Source: a virus. From it: 64,000 nucleotides of DNA. The number at the start of each line of letters is the position of its first letter. The first letter of the stretch is position 1. This document shows positions 26,688 through 37,300 of this stretch, piece by piece. The notes below the pieces were generated by a model. That model worked only from the letters and a program-made list of their open reading frames with translations, did no database searches and was not told where the DNA came from. Where the stretch lies: IMG/VR virus record IMGVR_UViG_3300008108_000016, positions 1 through 64,000 of that record, one strand, 5' to 3'. Both the position numbers and the translations under genes were made by a program.

Positions 26688-29686
26688 TAATTACATAAAA
26701 GATTAAAGTTTATTCCCACATTTAATGTAAATGTTTGTGTTTCACTTAATGGAATACAATTATTATTATAAACCGTAAATGTATTATTACCTGTTATAAC
26801 ATAACTCAAACCATAGTCTTGTAAAGTAACAAAACTCGTTTGTACCGCTCCAGTCCAAGCCGCCTCTGTTGGTACAGATAAAGGATTATTATATCCCAAT
26901 CCATTAAAGAATGGGTAATTTATAATGTCAGTACCATTAAAGTTAACGTTAACATACCATGTTGTTTGTAGTGTTGTTAAATCACAATCACCTAATGTTA
27001 ATCCATTTGATATTAAGAATGGTTTTAAAGTTGCACCTAGAATTCCACCAAAATTGGTTATTCTTGATCCTTCTTCCCAAGGATATAAAGGACAAGTTAA
27101 TGCTTGTATAGGACAATCATATTGGAATATTTGTCCAACCAATAAACAAGGATTACAAGGTACAAGAACAATCTGACAACCCATTTGTCTTCTCCATACA
27201 AATTTTTGTCTGTGGAATATTGAGTTCTCATACTTAACCCCTGTATTCCATATTGTTGTTGCCGGAACCATTTGTTCAATCAATCTGATCCAGTAATCAC
27301 CCAATCCATTCACATAATCAATCATTGTTTGATATGTAAAATTATCGTTATCAACACCAGCTAAAGACATTGATTCAAGATATTTCCAATATATTGATTG
27401 TAATGTTGGATATCCTCCTGTTTTACCATCAGTTATAAATTGTCTGTTTCTAACATTAATCGTATTATGCCAAAAACTTTGAGCAAACTCAAAAAATGTT
27501 TTTTGTTTTGGTTTTGGTACGATTTCAGTCCAATCAATACCCCCTCTTGATGGGTATGGTGTGTTTGGATTAGGATCACAATAGGTTGGTGGTACATATC
27601 TTAAACCTTGTTCTGGTATTGGGAAATTATATGTTCTTGACATATTCCATACATCATAAACTAAACCTTGTGATGGGTTCATAAATATATCAACGTTTTT
27701 AACGTTCAATACCAATCTTTCATCACCAACAGGATAATAAGCGTTAAATCCTCCATCAGAACTTTTTCTTAATCTACTTTCATTAATGATCCAACTTTTC
27801 TTATTATCTATTGTTTTTCTAATTTTATATCCAACTTCCATATAAGGGAATTGTCTATACCTTTGAAGATACTCATCACCATAATTAAATGGTAATAAAG
27901 TTGTTTGATAGTCAGGATTTTGACCTGTAAATGTTGATAAAGTAATATCAACTTGAGCTGGCATTCTATGTTGAGGTGTTGACTCTATCCAACCACCTCC
28001 TATTTGGAAATAATAACTTTCGCTGTCTAACGGCATACTTGGATATCCAAAAGAATCCATTGGATAATCGGATCTTCTTACACTTATGTCTTGCGTTGTT
28101 ATATTAGTGGTAAATCCTGTATATTGGACACCCATGATTGAGTAGATGTCCGTAGTGTCTAATGTTGGTGTGTATTGGACGTATGTTCCTCCTGTCAATT
28201 GTGCGTATTGCTCTCCAAATTGATTTAGATTTATTTTTTGATCGGCAACATATACATACTCATTAAATTCTGTGATCGCATCAGGAGCTCCAATTAATCT
28301 CAATAAAATCTCAATTGATTTTCTTGTTCCCTTTGACTTGAATAGGTATGCGGAATTTAAAATTAAATTTCTATAATATTGATAATTTAATTCTTCAGGT
28401 GTTTGTCCCTTTGAGAGTCCTGTAAAAGTGTTCTCACCACTACTAAAGACAGAATTTAATAATTGTTCATTTGTGATTGGTGAGATGTTATCTTTCCATC
28501 CTAATGTCAATGCCAAATTTTTTAATAATTGTGATGGAATATCGTTCTTAACCGTATAGTTAACTGAATTCATAAATGCCAACGCACTTATAAATTGTTT
28601 GGTTTCATCAAAACTTCTACCATAGATCTGAAGCATTTTTTCAACTTTTTGATCTTGGGTATCAAACTCTTTTATTGCACCTGCCGTTAAAAATCTTGAA
28701 ACTAAATTTGTACGGTACTCATCCAAACTTTCTGCAATCTCATTAAGATTCAATAAATATTGATTAAAATCAGTACCAGATATTGATATATTCCAACTAC
28801 CATTAACAGGAAATCTTGCAACTTTTACCGTTAAAGTATATCCACCAGATTCATTTTCAACAGGGGTGTTAAAATATGCTGTATATTTTGGACTTACATC
28901 TCTATTCAATAAAAAATTCTCAACTTTATCAAAATCCTCATTGAAAACCTTATTAACATAAAAATCTGTTGGTCGTATTATGATAGTATCATATGATTGT
29001 TGTCCACTAAAAGGATTACCTTCAATATATAATTTTAATACTGTATCTGTTTCGGTTGTTGGTATTAATGAGTTAATAGTATAAACCTCATCATTTATAA
29101 TGACCCCATATTTAGGATATTCTAATGTTATATCTCTCAATGGTGATACAGAAAATTCTCTTAGTTGTAAATTTCTTGCAGCATCAATAGTATAATCAAT
29201 ATCCAATGGATTTCTAATAGATTCCAATGGTATTTCAAAATATGTTTCATTTTCAACACTATCATATTGTATGTTAATTGCAGTTTTTGTAATATTATAT
29301 TGTGTTGTTGCTGAATATATTTCTAATGCCGCAGGGTAAAAATTTATTATTTTTGTAACGGATACCGACATTCTTTTTGCTAGCGATCCATACAATGTAA
29401 AGTTTGTTATTTCACTTAAATCGTAATTAGGATATACTTGAAAATTTTTAGCAACAAGGAGTTTTGATTGTTCAATATCTGAGATATTTAACGTACTCAA
29501 GGATATTGGATCAGAAAATGTTCCAATAGTAAAAGTTCTGTTAACCTTTTCAGTAACGTTTGTTGTAAACTCAAAATTCGCTTGCGTAAGTCCTCCACCG
29601 GCAACTAATTGTACCCCAACCAAATTGTCAGAAAAACTACCTTCACCGCTTGCTTGTGGTGGGCAAGTATATTTTGTAACCGCCAT
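26687..29686 (-). CDS. baseplate wedge protein (P2 gpI / T4 gp7-like core), enlarged
   Basis: LLKNLA-x-x-LGW...YLFKSKGTRKSIEILLRLIG motif and baseplate context. Confidence 0.65.
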   Translation of the reverse strand: MAVTKYTCPPQASGEGSFSDNLVGVQLVAGGGLTQANFEFTTNVTEKVNRTFTIGTFSDPISLSTLNISDIEQSKLLVAKNFQVYPNYDLSEITNFTLYGSLAKRMSVSVTKIINFYPAALEIYSATTQYNITKTAINIQYDSVENETYFEIPLESIRNPLDIDYTIDAARNLQLREFSVSPLRDITLEYPKYGVIINDEVYTINSLIPTTETDTVLKLYIEGNPFSGQQSYDTIIIRPTDFYVNKVFNEDFDKVENFLLNRDVSPKYTAYFNTPVENESGGYTLTVKVARFPVNGSWNISISGTDFNQYLLNLNEIAESLDEYRTNLVSRFLTAGAIKEFDTQDQKVEKMLQIYGRSFDETKQFISALAFMNSVNYTVKNDIPSQLLKNLALTLGWKDNISPITNEQLLNSVFSSGENTFTGLSKGQTPEELNYQYYRNLILNSAYLFKSKGTRKSIEILLRLIGAPDAITEFNEYVYVADQKINLNQFGEQYAQLTGGTYVQYTPTLDTTDIYSIMGVQYTGFTTNITTQDISVRRSDYPMDSFGYPSMPLDSESYYFQIGGGWIESTPQHRMPAQVDITLSTFTGQNPDYQTTLLPFNYGDEYLQRYRQFPYMEVGYKIRKTIDNKKSWIINESRLRKSSDGGFNAYYPVGDERLVLNVKNVDIFMNPSQGLVYDVWNMSRTYNFPIPEQGLRYVPPTYCDPNPNTPYPSRGGIDWTEIVPKPKQKTFFEFAQSFWHNTINVRNRQFITDGKTGGYPTLQSIYWKYLESMSLAGVDNDNFTYQTMIDYVNGLGDYWIRLIEQMVPATTIWNTGVKYENSIFHRQKFVWRRQMGCQIVLVPCNPCLLVGQIFQYDCPIQALTCPLYPWEEGSRITNFGGILGATLKPFLISNGLTLGDCDLTTLQTTWYVNVNFNGTDIINYPFFNGLGYNNPLSVPTEAAWTGAVQTSFVTLQDYGLSYVITGNNTFTVYNNNCIPLSETQTFTLNVGINFNLLCN

Positions 29687-30594
29687 TATCCTGTTATGTT
29701 TGTAAAGTTCTTAGTAAAGTCAATGTTATTACCTCTATCTTGTCTAACCTCATACAATAAGTCATTGAATTGATCTCTAATCTCATACAAATTGTATTGT
29801 TTAAAGATGTTGTTATTATTGTCGTAAATAGTATAAATTCCGTCATCAATTGATTTAGTTTGATTACCATAAAGAGCAATCGCAAGTGTTGATATATCGT
29901 GTTCAACTATTTCAATTTCAGTTGTTATAGGATTAAAAAATGTGTTTGATATGACAATATCTTGATTTGGTTGTCCTATAAATGGAGTTGCGTTTGGTTT
30001 ATTAGTTGGTGATGATGATGGTGATAATGTACAAAAAACTAAATTTGTTACCCCTTCAGTATATCTATATCTTATAGATTTTTGTGATGTATTTGTTAAA
30101 TTCTGTATAACAGGTTCACAATAAAATGATGAGGTAATCATTCTAAAGAAATTAGGTATTTTCGTACCATCGGAATTTAAATACTCTACTCTAAATCCAA
30201 TTAATCCTTGATTAACGAACTTATTTCTAAATTGTGTTGGGACATTATTAACATCAATCACAATACCTTTTACGTTAGGTAATGCCGATAAAATTCCACA
30301 ATCAGTAATTCTTGTTCTTATCTCCGCAGGTCTGATATATAAAGTATAAATTCCTAACTTATTAAATTGATCTGCAGGTAATTTTAAATTATATAAACCA
30401 CCCAATATTTCAACATTAGCGTTTCCACCAGTTTCATTATTGTTAAAATATGGTCGTAAAATTGTTTTTGCATCCAATTTTGTTAATACAAAATTATCAG
30501 TATCGTCTCTGCTTGGTGTATAGTTTAAAATGATATCAACATCATCAGGACTAACATCAGCGGGTCTTATTGTTCCGTAACTACCTGTCGCCAC
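29686..30594 (-). CDS. hypothetical structural protein (GTG start)
   Basis: 302-aa ORF with TAATG coupling to the next gene and TATTTAT upstream. Confidence 0.75.
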   Translation of the reverse strand: MATGSYGTIRPADVSPDDVDIILNYTPSRDDTDNFVLTKLDAKTILRPYFNNNETGGNANVEILGGLYNLKLPADQFNKLGIYTLYIRPAEIRTRITDCGILSALPNVKGIVIDVNNVPTQFRNKFVNQGLIGFRVEYLNSDGTKIPNFFRMITSSFYCEPVIQNLTNTSQKSIRYRYTEGVTNLVFCTLSPSSSPTNKPNATPFIGQPNQDIVISNTFFNPITTEIEIVEHDISTLAIALYGNQTKSIDDGIYTIYDNNNNIFKQYNLYEIRDQFNDLLYEVRQDRGNNIDFTKNFTNITG

Positions 30595-30644
30595 AATTTT
30601 TATTTTTAAATTTTGTTTATCGTTTTAAATATAAATACTTAAAA

Positions 30645-31817
30645 TCATTGTTTTTCTACATTAAAAAATCCGTATCCGTACTTCTCTAAATCACCAACAT
30701 TGTCCACCTCACCCAATCTTTCCACATATTCTAACGCAGACATTTTTCCTCTTTCAATAAAGACATTTGATATTATTTCAGGTTGATCTATAACATTTAT
30801 TAATGCTTCATTTTTGGTTATTGCCGATAATATTAGATCATCTTGTGTAAAACCTGAAGATTGTATCACATATAATGTTGTTCCATCAGGATAATCATAA
30901 TAATCCACACCATTTATGGTATATGCAATGTATTCATTATTAGGATCCGTCCCCCAATATGTCCCAACAGTATTTGAAGTACCAGTTACTTCAATCCCAA
31001 GTTTAAATTTACCTCCCGATAGTGCGTATTTAGGCCCGTATTGAGCAAGATCGTTAACGGATGATTGAGTATATCCTGTTATAATAAAAGGAACCGTAGT
31101 ATAGTTATAACTATAAAAATCATTTATGTCTGTATTTGAGTCTCCTGTAAATATGTAATCATAATTTATTGGGGTTGCACTCCAATTACCATTAAAAGAT
31201 GTAAAAGTTGCAACACCAAAAGGATCCAAATTTGGTACAAACACATATGGAACCGTGATTGTTTTTGAAACTTGTGATATTCCCCAAGGTGATGTTGCAT
31301 TTATTGTTATTACATATTGACCATTCCCAATAGGATAGTTGTGTGTTATCGGTAAAGCACCACTTAATGTTTGTACTGTGGATCCATCTCCCCAATCAAT
31401 GGTAAATGTCGTTACATTCAAAAATGTTTTAAACTCAAGATCGGATGTGTTATAGACATAATAGGTATATGGACTACCCGTTGTTGCCGAAAATATGAAA
31501 TTCGTAACAACATCTTTTTGTAGGATAGCACCATCAAATACAGAGTAGTACCCATAATCAACCGCGGTCTGTGTGAACAATAATGGTATCGTCAAACCTG
31601 TCATCACAGAAGTACCTCCTGATGCCCCAGATAACACATATGTCATTCCTGTATACACACCTGTAGTACCTGATATTGTATTTTCGGTAATTGCGGTGAT
31701 AGGACAACAAGGATCAATATCATAGTTATATTCAATCCCATCTATATAATTTATTGTTAATAGATCGGATTTAATATTTTCGGGCGATATTTTAAAATAA
31801 TATTTTTGTTCTACCAT
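30645..31817 (-). CDS. structural protein with PKD/Ig-like domain
   Basis: TIDWGDGS...THNY...G-x-Y-x-I PKD signature. Confidence 0.7.
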   Translation of the reverse strand: MVEQKYYFKISPENIKSDLLTINYIDGIEYNYDIDPCCPITAITENTISGTTGVYTGMTYVLSGASGGTSVMTGLTIPLLFTQTAVDYGYYSVFDGAILQKDVVTNFIFSATTGSPYTYYVYNTSDLEFKTFLNVTTFTIDWGDGSTVQTLSGALPITHNYPIGNGQYVITINATSPWGISQVSKTITVPYVFVPNLDPFGVATFTSFNGNWSATPINYDYIFTGDSNTDINDFYSYNYTTVPFIITGYTQSSVNDLAQYGPKYALSGGKFKLGIEVTGTSNTVGTYWGTDPNNEYIAYTINGVDYYDYPDGTTLYVIQSSGFTQDDLILSAITKNEALINVIDQPEIISNVFIERGKMSALEYVERLGEVDNVGDLEKYGYGFFNVEKQ

Positions 31818-31818
31818 A

Positions 31819-32637
31819 TTACACAGGATTTACATATTCATACCATACAATAGGTAATGAGTCTAACCCAACTCTTTGAACTAAATTTGTTGGATTAAAA
31901 ACCTCATAAGTTTTATTATTATAATTTAAATTAACTTTATAGTAGAAATAATTTTCACCATTAAAGGTAAAAGGACTTGCTATTTGGAATTGTGGTGTGT
32001 TAATCATGGTGGTGAAAACCCCGGTTCTTCCGTTAAAGAACTTAGCGGACATATAGAATTCAGATAGATCTATGAAATCTCTACTTCTTAACCAATAAAT
32101 AAAAAACCCTTCTTTATCCCCAATAAAATCTAATTTCATTTTTGGTTTTTTAACATTAACATTAGGTAATGTTTGTGATATTGATATATTTTCGGTAAAA
32201 CCTTGCTGAACGGGCAAAATTATTGTGAAATAATTTTTTTGTGTTGTTGGGTTTGCCGTATCATAAAAATCCAATTTGAAGAAGGACTTCGTAAATGGTT
32301 TTCTATAGTAATATAATTCTTCACCCGTAAATCCATCAACTTGATAACTATCCACATAATCAGTTATATTGGCGGTTGGTATATTTGCGGTACTACCACT
32401 ATAAAAATAAAATTCATAATTTATTGATGTCTTTTCAACATTTTGTTCAAAATAAGTATTGTGTGAAAATCTATCAATTTCAAAATCATTAGCCAAACCA
32501 ATAACTTCTTCCAATACGGTTTTTTGATATTCTTCAACACTATCTTCCCTACCACTGAAATCCCACTTAATTTCAATAGGAATATCTATCTGTCTATCAA
32601 GACTAGATTGTAGTATTTTATATTTACTCACACTCAT
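31819..32637 (-). CDS. hypothetical structural protein
   Basis: 272-aa ORF in the baseplate operon. Confidence 0.75.
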   Translation of the reverse strand: MSVSKYKILQSSLDRQIDIPIEIKWDFSGREDSVEEYQKTVLEEVIGLANDFEIDRFSHNTYFEQNVEKTSINYEFYFYSGSTANIPTANITDYVDSYQVDGFTGEELYYYRKPFTKSFFKLDFYDTANPTTQKNYFTIILPVQQGFTENISISQTLPNVNVKKPKMKLDFIGDKEGFFIYWLRSRDFIDLSEFYMSAKFFNGRTGVFTTMINTPQFQIASPFTFNGENYFYYKVNLNYNNKTYEVFNPTNLVQRVGLDSLPIVWYEYVNPV

Positions 32638-34366
32638 CTATTGTCGGGTCATCAATTTCGTTTATAAACTGATTGGCAGTTTGAGATCCTTCAGGTATTA
32701 ATCTAAATATGGTATTAACAAAAGGATAGTGTTTACCATTCATAAATGGATAATCAACCCCAAGTCCATCACCATCAATGAACCCATAAGGATATAAATC
32801 TCTCCATCTAAAACTATTAGATAAATTAGAATAGAATGAATAATCAGGTATATCAACAATTTCCAAAGATTCCCCTTCCTCAATGTAATCCGAAAATACT
32901 CTAATCGTTATTGGGTTGTGAGGTTTATAATAATACCCAAATTGATTGTTAACATTTATTGTATTATTTAATGAGAACCAAAAAGGGTTGAAGGTTATTT
33001 TATGATATAGATCAGATATTACCCTTTCTGTTTGTTCGTACGAATTAAACTCACAGAAATCCCCATCAATAATATCGTCAACTTGTAAGTTTTCATGATA
33101 TATAAATGGCCCGGTTGGTGGGGTGGTTTGACTAAAATATGTGTTAGTAGGTATTGTGGTATTAGATGAAGAGTTTGCAACATCCCACCAAGGTGATGGT
33201 TGTCCATAAAATAATGGGAGATTAAACTCATACCCTTGTTTAAGTTCTTTTGTCCATCCAAAATAACCTCTCCATATTGTTGTAAAATATAATTCCGTTA
33301 GTGGTCGTTTTTGATTGTCCACCAAATCACTTATATCAATATCAACATTAAAGGATAATGTGTATGCTTGCCCACCTTCTTTAACGGAAGACCTAGCAAT
33401 ATTATTAGGAGTTAAAACCGCTGGTTCATATTTAATTTTTGAGTTAAATATGTTTTGTTCAAATCCAGCCTTAACCAAAATCGCATCTTCAGAATTTGTT
33501 AAAATCTTATGTCTTCTTACATAATAAGTTGAAATTGTTTCAGACTCATTATCGTTGTTTATCACTCTTTTAAATGTCCCTGTATTTCCCTGTAAAAATG
33601 TTGTTCCCGTATATCCAACATTACTTATGTTGAAAACAAACTCTTCACTACCAAACCCAGGATTACCTAAACTTGATATTAGGAAAAGATCTTGACCATT
33701 ATAATCAAAAGATAATTTAACATATTCCCCAACAGAAAGTCCGTGAGGCATCACACATCTAAATGATATATTTCTTGTATTATTATTACTTCCCGTATCA
33801 ATTATAAATGGTATACCATCAGATACCGTCCAAACCCATGATACCGATGTTTGTGGATCAATCGCCTGTAAAGTCCTATTACTAACATTTTCATATGCAT
33901 AACTCAAATAATGCGTCCAATTATAGGTTGTCGCACTTTTGTTAACGAATGTTAAATGATTGTTCGGTGGTTGGGTGTATCCTACATTATTATTGTCAGT
34001 TCTGATGAAATCAAATTCAAAATATTGAGGATGTCCTTCCCACGGAGAAGATGGGTTTGATAGTGAAGAAACCGCATTATTAACCGCATTGGTATAATAT
34101 AAATTATTTTTAAATGGTGTATATGAAACGGATCCAACATATTCATTTTTAAATATGAATGAAAATTTTGTAACAGGTCTAAATATGTTTGATTTTTCTC
34201 GTTCATCAATAAAAACCTGCTGAAGATTTAAATCAACACTACGATCAAACTCAACATTCTCCTTATGTGTTTGTTCCAATACAACATTTGGTGATAAAAT
34301 CGTATTAGGAGATGTTTTGTATCTTAATGACCCTAAAATTATTCTTGTTTCATCATCAATTCCCAT
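32624..34366 (-). CDS. hypothetical structural protein
   Basis: 580-aa ORF coupled to its neighbours. Confidence 0.75.
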   Translation of the reverse strand: MGIDDETRIILGSLRYKTSPNTILSPNVVLEQTHKENVEFDRSVDLNLQQVFIDEREKSNIFRPVTKFSFIFKNEYVGSVSYTPFKNNLYYTNAVNNAVSSLSNPSSPWEGHPQYFEFDFIRTDNNNVGYTQPPNNHLTFVNKSATTYNWTHYLSYAYENVSNRTLQAIDPQTSVSWVWTVSDGIPFIIDTGSNNNTRNISFRCVMPHGLSVGEYVKLSFDYNGQDLFLISSLGNPGFGSEEFVFNISNVGYTGTTFLQGNTGTFKRVINNDNESETISTYYVRRHKILTNSEDAILVKAGFEQNIFNSKIKYEPAVLTPNNIARSSVKEGGQAYTLSFNVDIDISDLVDNQKRPLTELYFTTIWRGYFGWTKELKQGYEFNLPLFYGQPSPWWDVANSSSNTTIPTNTYFSQTTPPTGPFIYHENLQVDDIIDGDFCEFNSYEQTERVISDLYHKITFNPFWFSLNNTINVNNQFGYYYKPHNPITIRVFSDYIEEGESLEIVDIPDYSFYSNLSNSFRWRDLYPYGFIDGDGLGVDYPFMNGKHYPFVNTIFRLIPEGSQTANQFINEIDDPTIDECE

Positions 34367-37300
34367 TAGTCTTCTGCTGTATCTATATATAGTTTTATAA
34401 ACCTATTTAATGCGGTTTTACCATTCTTTAACCCAAAATAAAAATGATTTGGAGTCCCAACAATAACAGGATTGGCAATTGGTGGTGTGCTTATAACAGG
34501 ATTACCACTTGAATCAAAATTAGTTATGAACCCGTAATAAATATTAGGGAATGATCCTCCCATTAATGCGGTTTTAAAATAATCATCATTAGACGCATCT
34601 AACCCTTGATACCTTTGACTATAGAACCCTGTACCTGTTTGATTACCATTTGCAGTGGTAAACCAATTATTATCTTCATTACCGAAAATACTATTACTAC
34701 TTTCTATTTTCCATTTATACAATGGTACTTCTTGAGATTTAGGATAACCATATATTGTCTGTAATAATGGTGAGAAATTGTATATGTTAATTCCCGGAGA
34801 CAAAGCTCTTCTATTTCTATACTCACTATTATTTGTTACTCCTGTTGCATTATAGAACACACCAAAGACAGGCCCGGTTGAGTCTTGACCAACATATACA
34901 GTATTGTCATCATAATTTCCACTTATAAATGGATTTATTTGATATTCAGAATTTATTGAGAATGATTGAGCGACATCCCCATCTATTCTTTGTCCTGTTC
35001 TTGAGAAGAATTGATTGATTGATGCGGATCCTGCTTGGAACAATTGTTGTCCCCAAGTTGCGTTAACTAATCTTGAAATTATCCCTAATTGTAAAACATC
35101 CGAACTGTCATTATATGATGTACTCATAAAAGAATTACCAATATACCTACCTTCAAATTCAGATGATGAGCATATTTCAGAGATAAATTCATCTCTCTTA
35201 CCCATATCTAAAATAGTTGTTGGGAAAAGTATCTGTCTTGAATTTGCGGAATCATCAGGAGATGATGTACCAAATATTGATGTTGGTATTGGAGATGGCG
35301 CACCTATAAAATCATTACCATTCCAAGGAGAACTACGATAATAGAAATTATTACTTACATCATTATAGATAACAATATCATCACAGTATTTATAACGAGC
35401 TTGACCTAAAGAATTAAATACCGTTTGTTTATTAAATGACGGCATATATAGAGTACCATTTATCCAATTGTTTTGGAACATATGACTAAACACCCCTCTA
35501 CAAGCCGCAAACATAACATTAAATCTTGCTTTCCATTCTAAAAATAAATTTATGTCGTTTCCAAGTTCCGCAACATACGGCTTATTTAAAAGATAATAAC
35601 AACCGCCAACAACTTTATCAATTTGATCACAACTACTATTAACAGTAAAACCAGTTCCGTATCCTGTATAACATTCTAAACTAACCATATTTTCACAAGT
35701 TAAAGACGTGAATAAGGTTGGGTTTCCATCAACATCAGAAATATTACCAGATGAAGTATCTGAAGTTATATTAACAGTTTCGGTAAATCCAATAACACCT
35801 TCGTCAGGTATTTTATAATATGTGAAATTGTTATTTTGATGAAGAGCAAAATAATTATTAGTACCTTGATCAACAGAAGTTGAGATAGGTAATCTATCAC
35901 TTCTCATTACAATTTTAAGTCTATCGTTAAAATTTAATGTTCCCATATATGGGAAAGCTCCGCTAGGGGCATATAAAAGATATGCTGGCGAATATAAATG
36001 CCAATATGTTAATGGAGATCCAACATCAGGTGTTGGATCTGATGTTGAAGTATATATAAATGACCCTCCACCAACATAATAATTTGTTAATGGTTGATAA
36101 TACGCCGAAGAAATAGGTAATAATCTATTTGAAAATGTTATTGTGTTATCGGTATTCAATATGACCCCTAATGGTGTTTCAGTTGGTGACCCATTGTCAG
36201 TGAAATTAGTCCAAAAACTAACCCCACCTATAGCTGAATCATCGGTACACAAATAATAATAAGGTAATTCTGACCCTGTGCTTGGGTTATTATTATATTG
36301 CGTTAAATCAGGTAAAAACCCATAAGATGGATAAAATAATTGATTATTATTAAATGCCGCGGTGTTATTGTATCTATTATGTATTGCAGGTGTTGTTCCT
36401 CCAATAAAACCTCGTATTGGGATATTAAGTTTAAAATTTCCTGTAATAACTTTTTGACCCCAACCTAATCCAAATATTTTAGATAAATCATAACTTATAT
36501 TTTGTCTTTGGGTATATGTGTCAACTCCTCTTACATAAAATATGATACCCAAATTTCTATAGTTTTGGATTTGTTGTATTGCATTTTTTGATGAACTATA
36601 AATCCCGTAACCTAAAGAAGTATCTGTTTCATCAAACCATTCCCCCCATGTGTATCTGGTTAAATGAAGAATATAATTATCTCTAAAACTATTACCACCA
36701 CCTATTGATGTATCAAGGAAGTCACCTACAGTCATTCCTGTTATACACTGAAAATATTCAATATCAGAAGCAAAACCATAATAACTCTCATTGGTATCTT
36801 GTATTATGTTAATTGTTACGGGTGGTAAATTTGTTGACATCGTTGGGTCATTATAATTACCACTAATAATTTGTGTTGATCCTGTAAATGTAGTTCCCGT
36901 TATTGAAGTGTTATTAAATTGATTTGTTACCGTTAAACCTGTTAACCTATTCCAATCCCCACTTAATGATGGATTTTGGAATGATAGAATATCCCCTGAC
37001 TGAATTCCAGTTATAACATTTGGATCTACTAACGTAACAAAAACCTGATCATAAATATCCGCAGACCCGTTAACACTATATTTCATAACATTAAAGTTAT
37101 TGAAATATTTATCCCTTAAATTAAATGAATTCATTTTTTGAGAGAGAGTTTCCGTTAAAGGATAACCATACAATTCACTACCATTACTCGCTTTATCTGT
37201 TATGAATTGTCTTGGAGCTCTTTTAATTGTAACGGTAGGATCCGAATCATCAATACCCGAAAAAATTGATAACCAATCGTTTTGAGCTCCTTGAGCAAGA

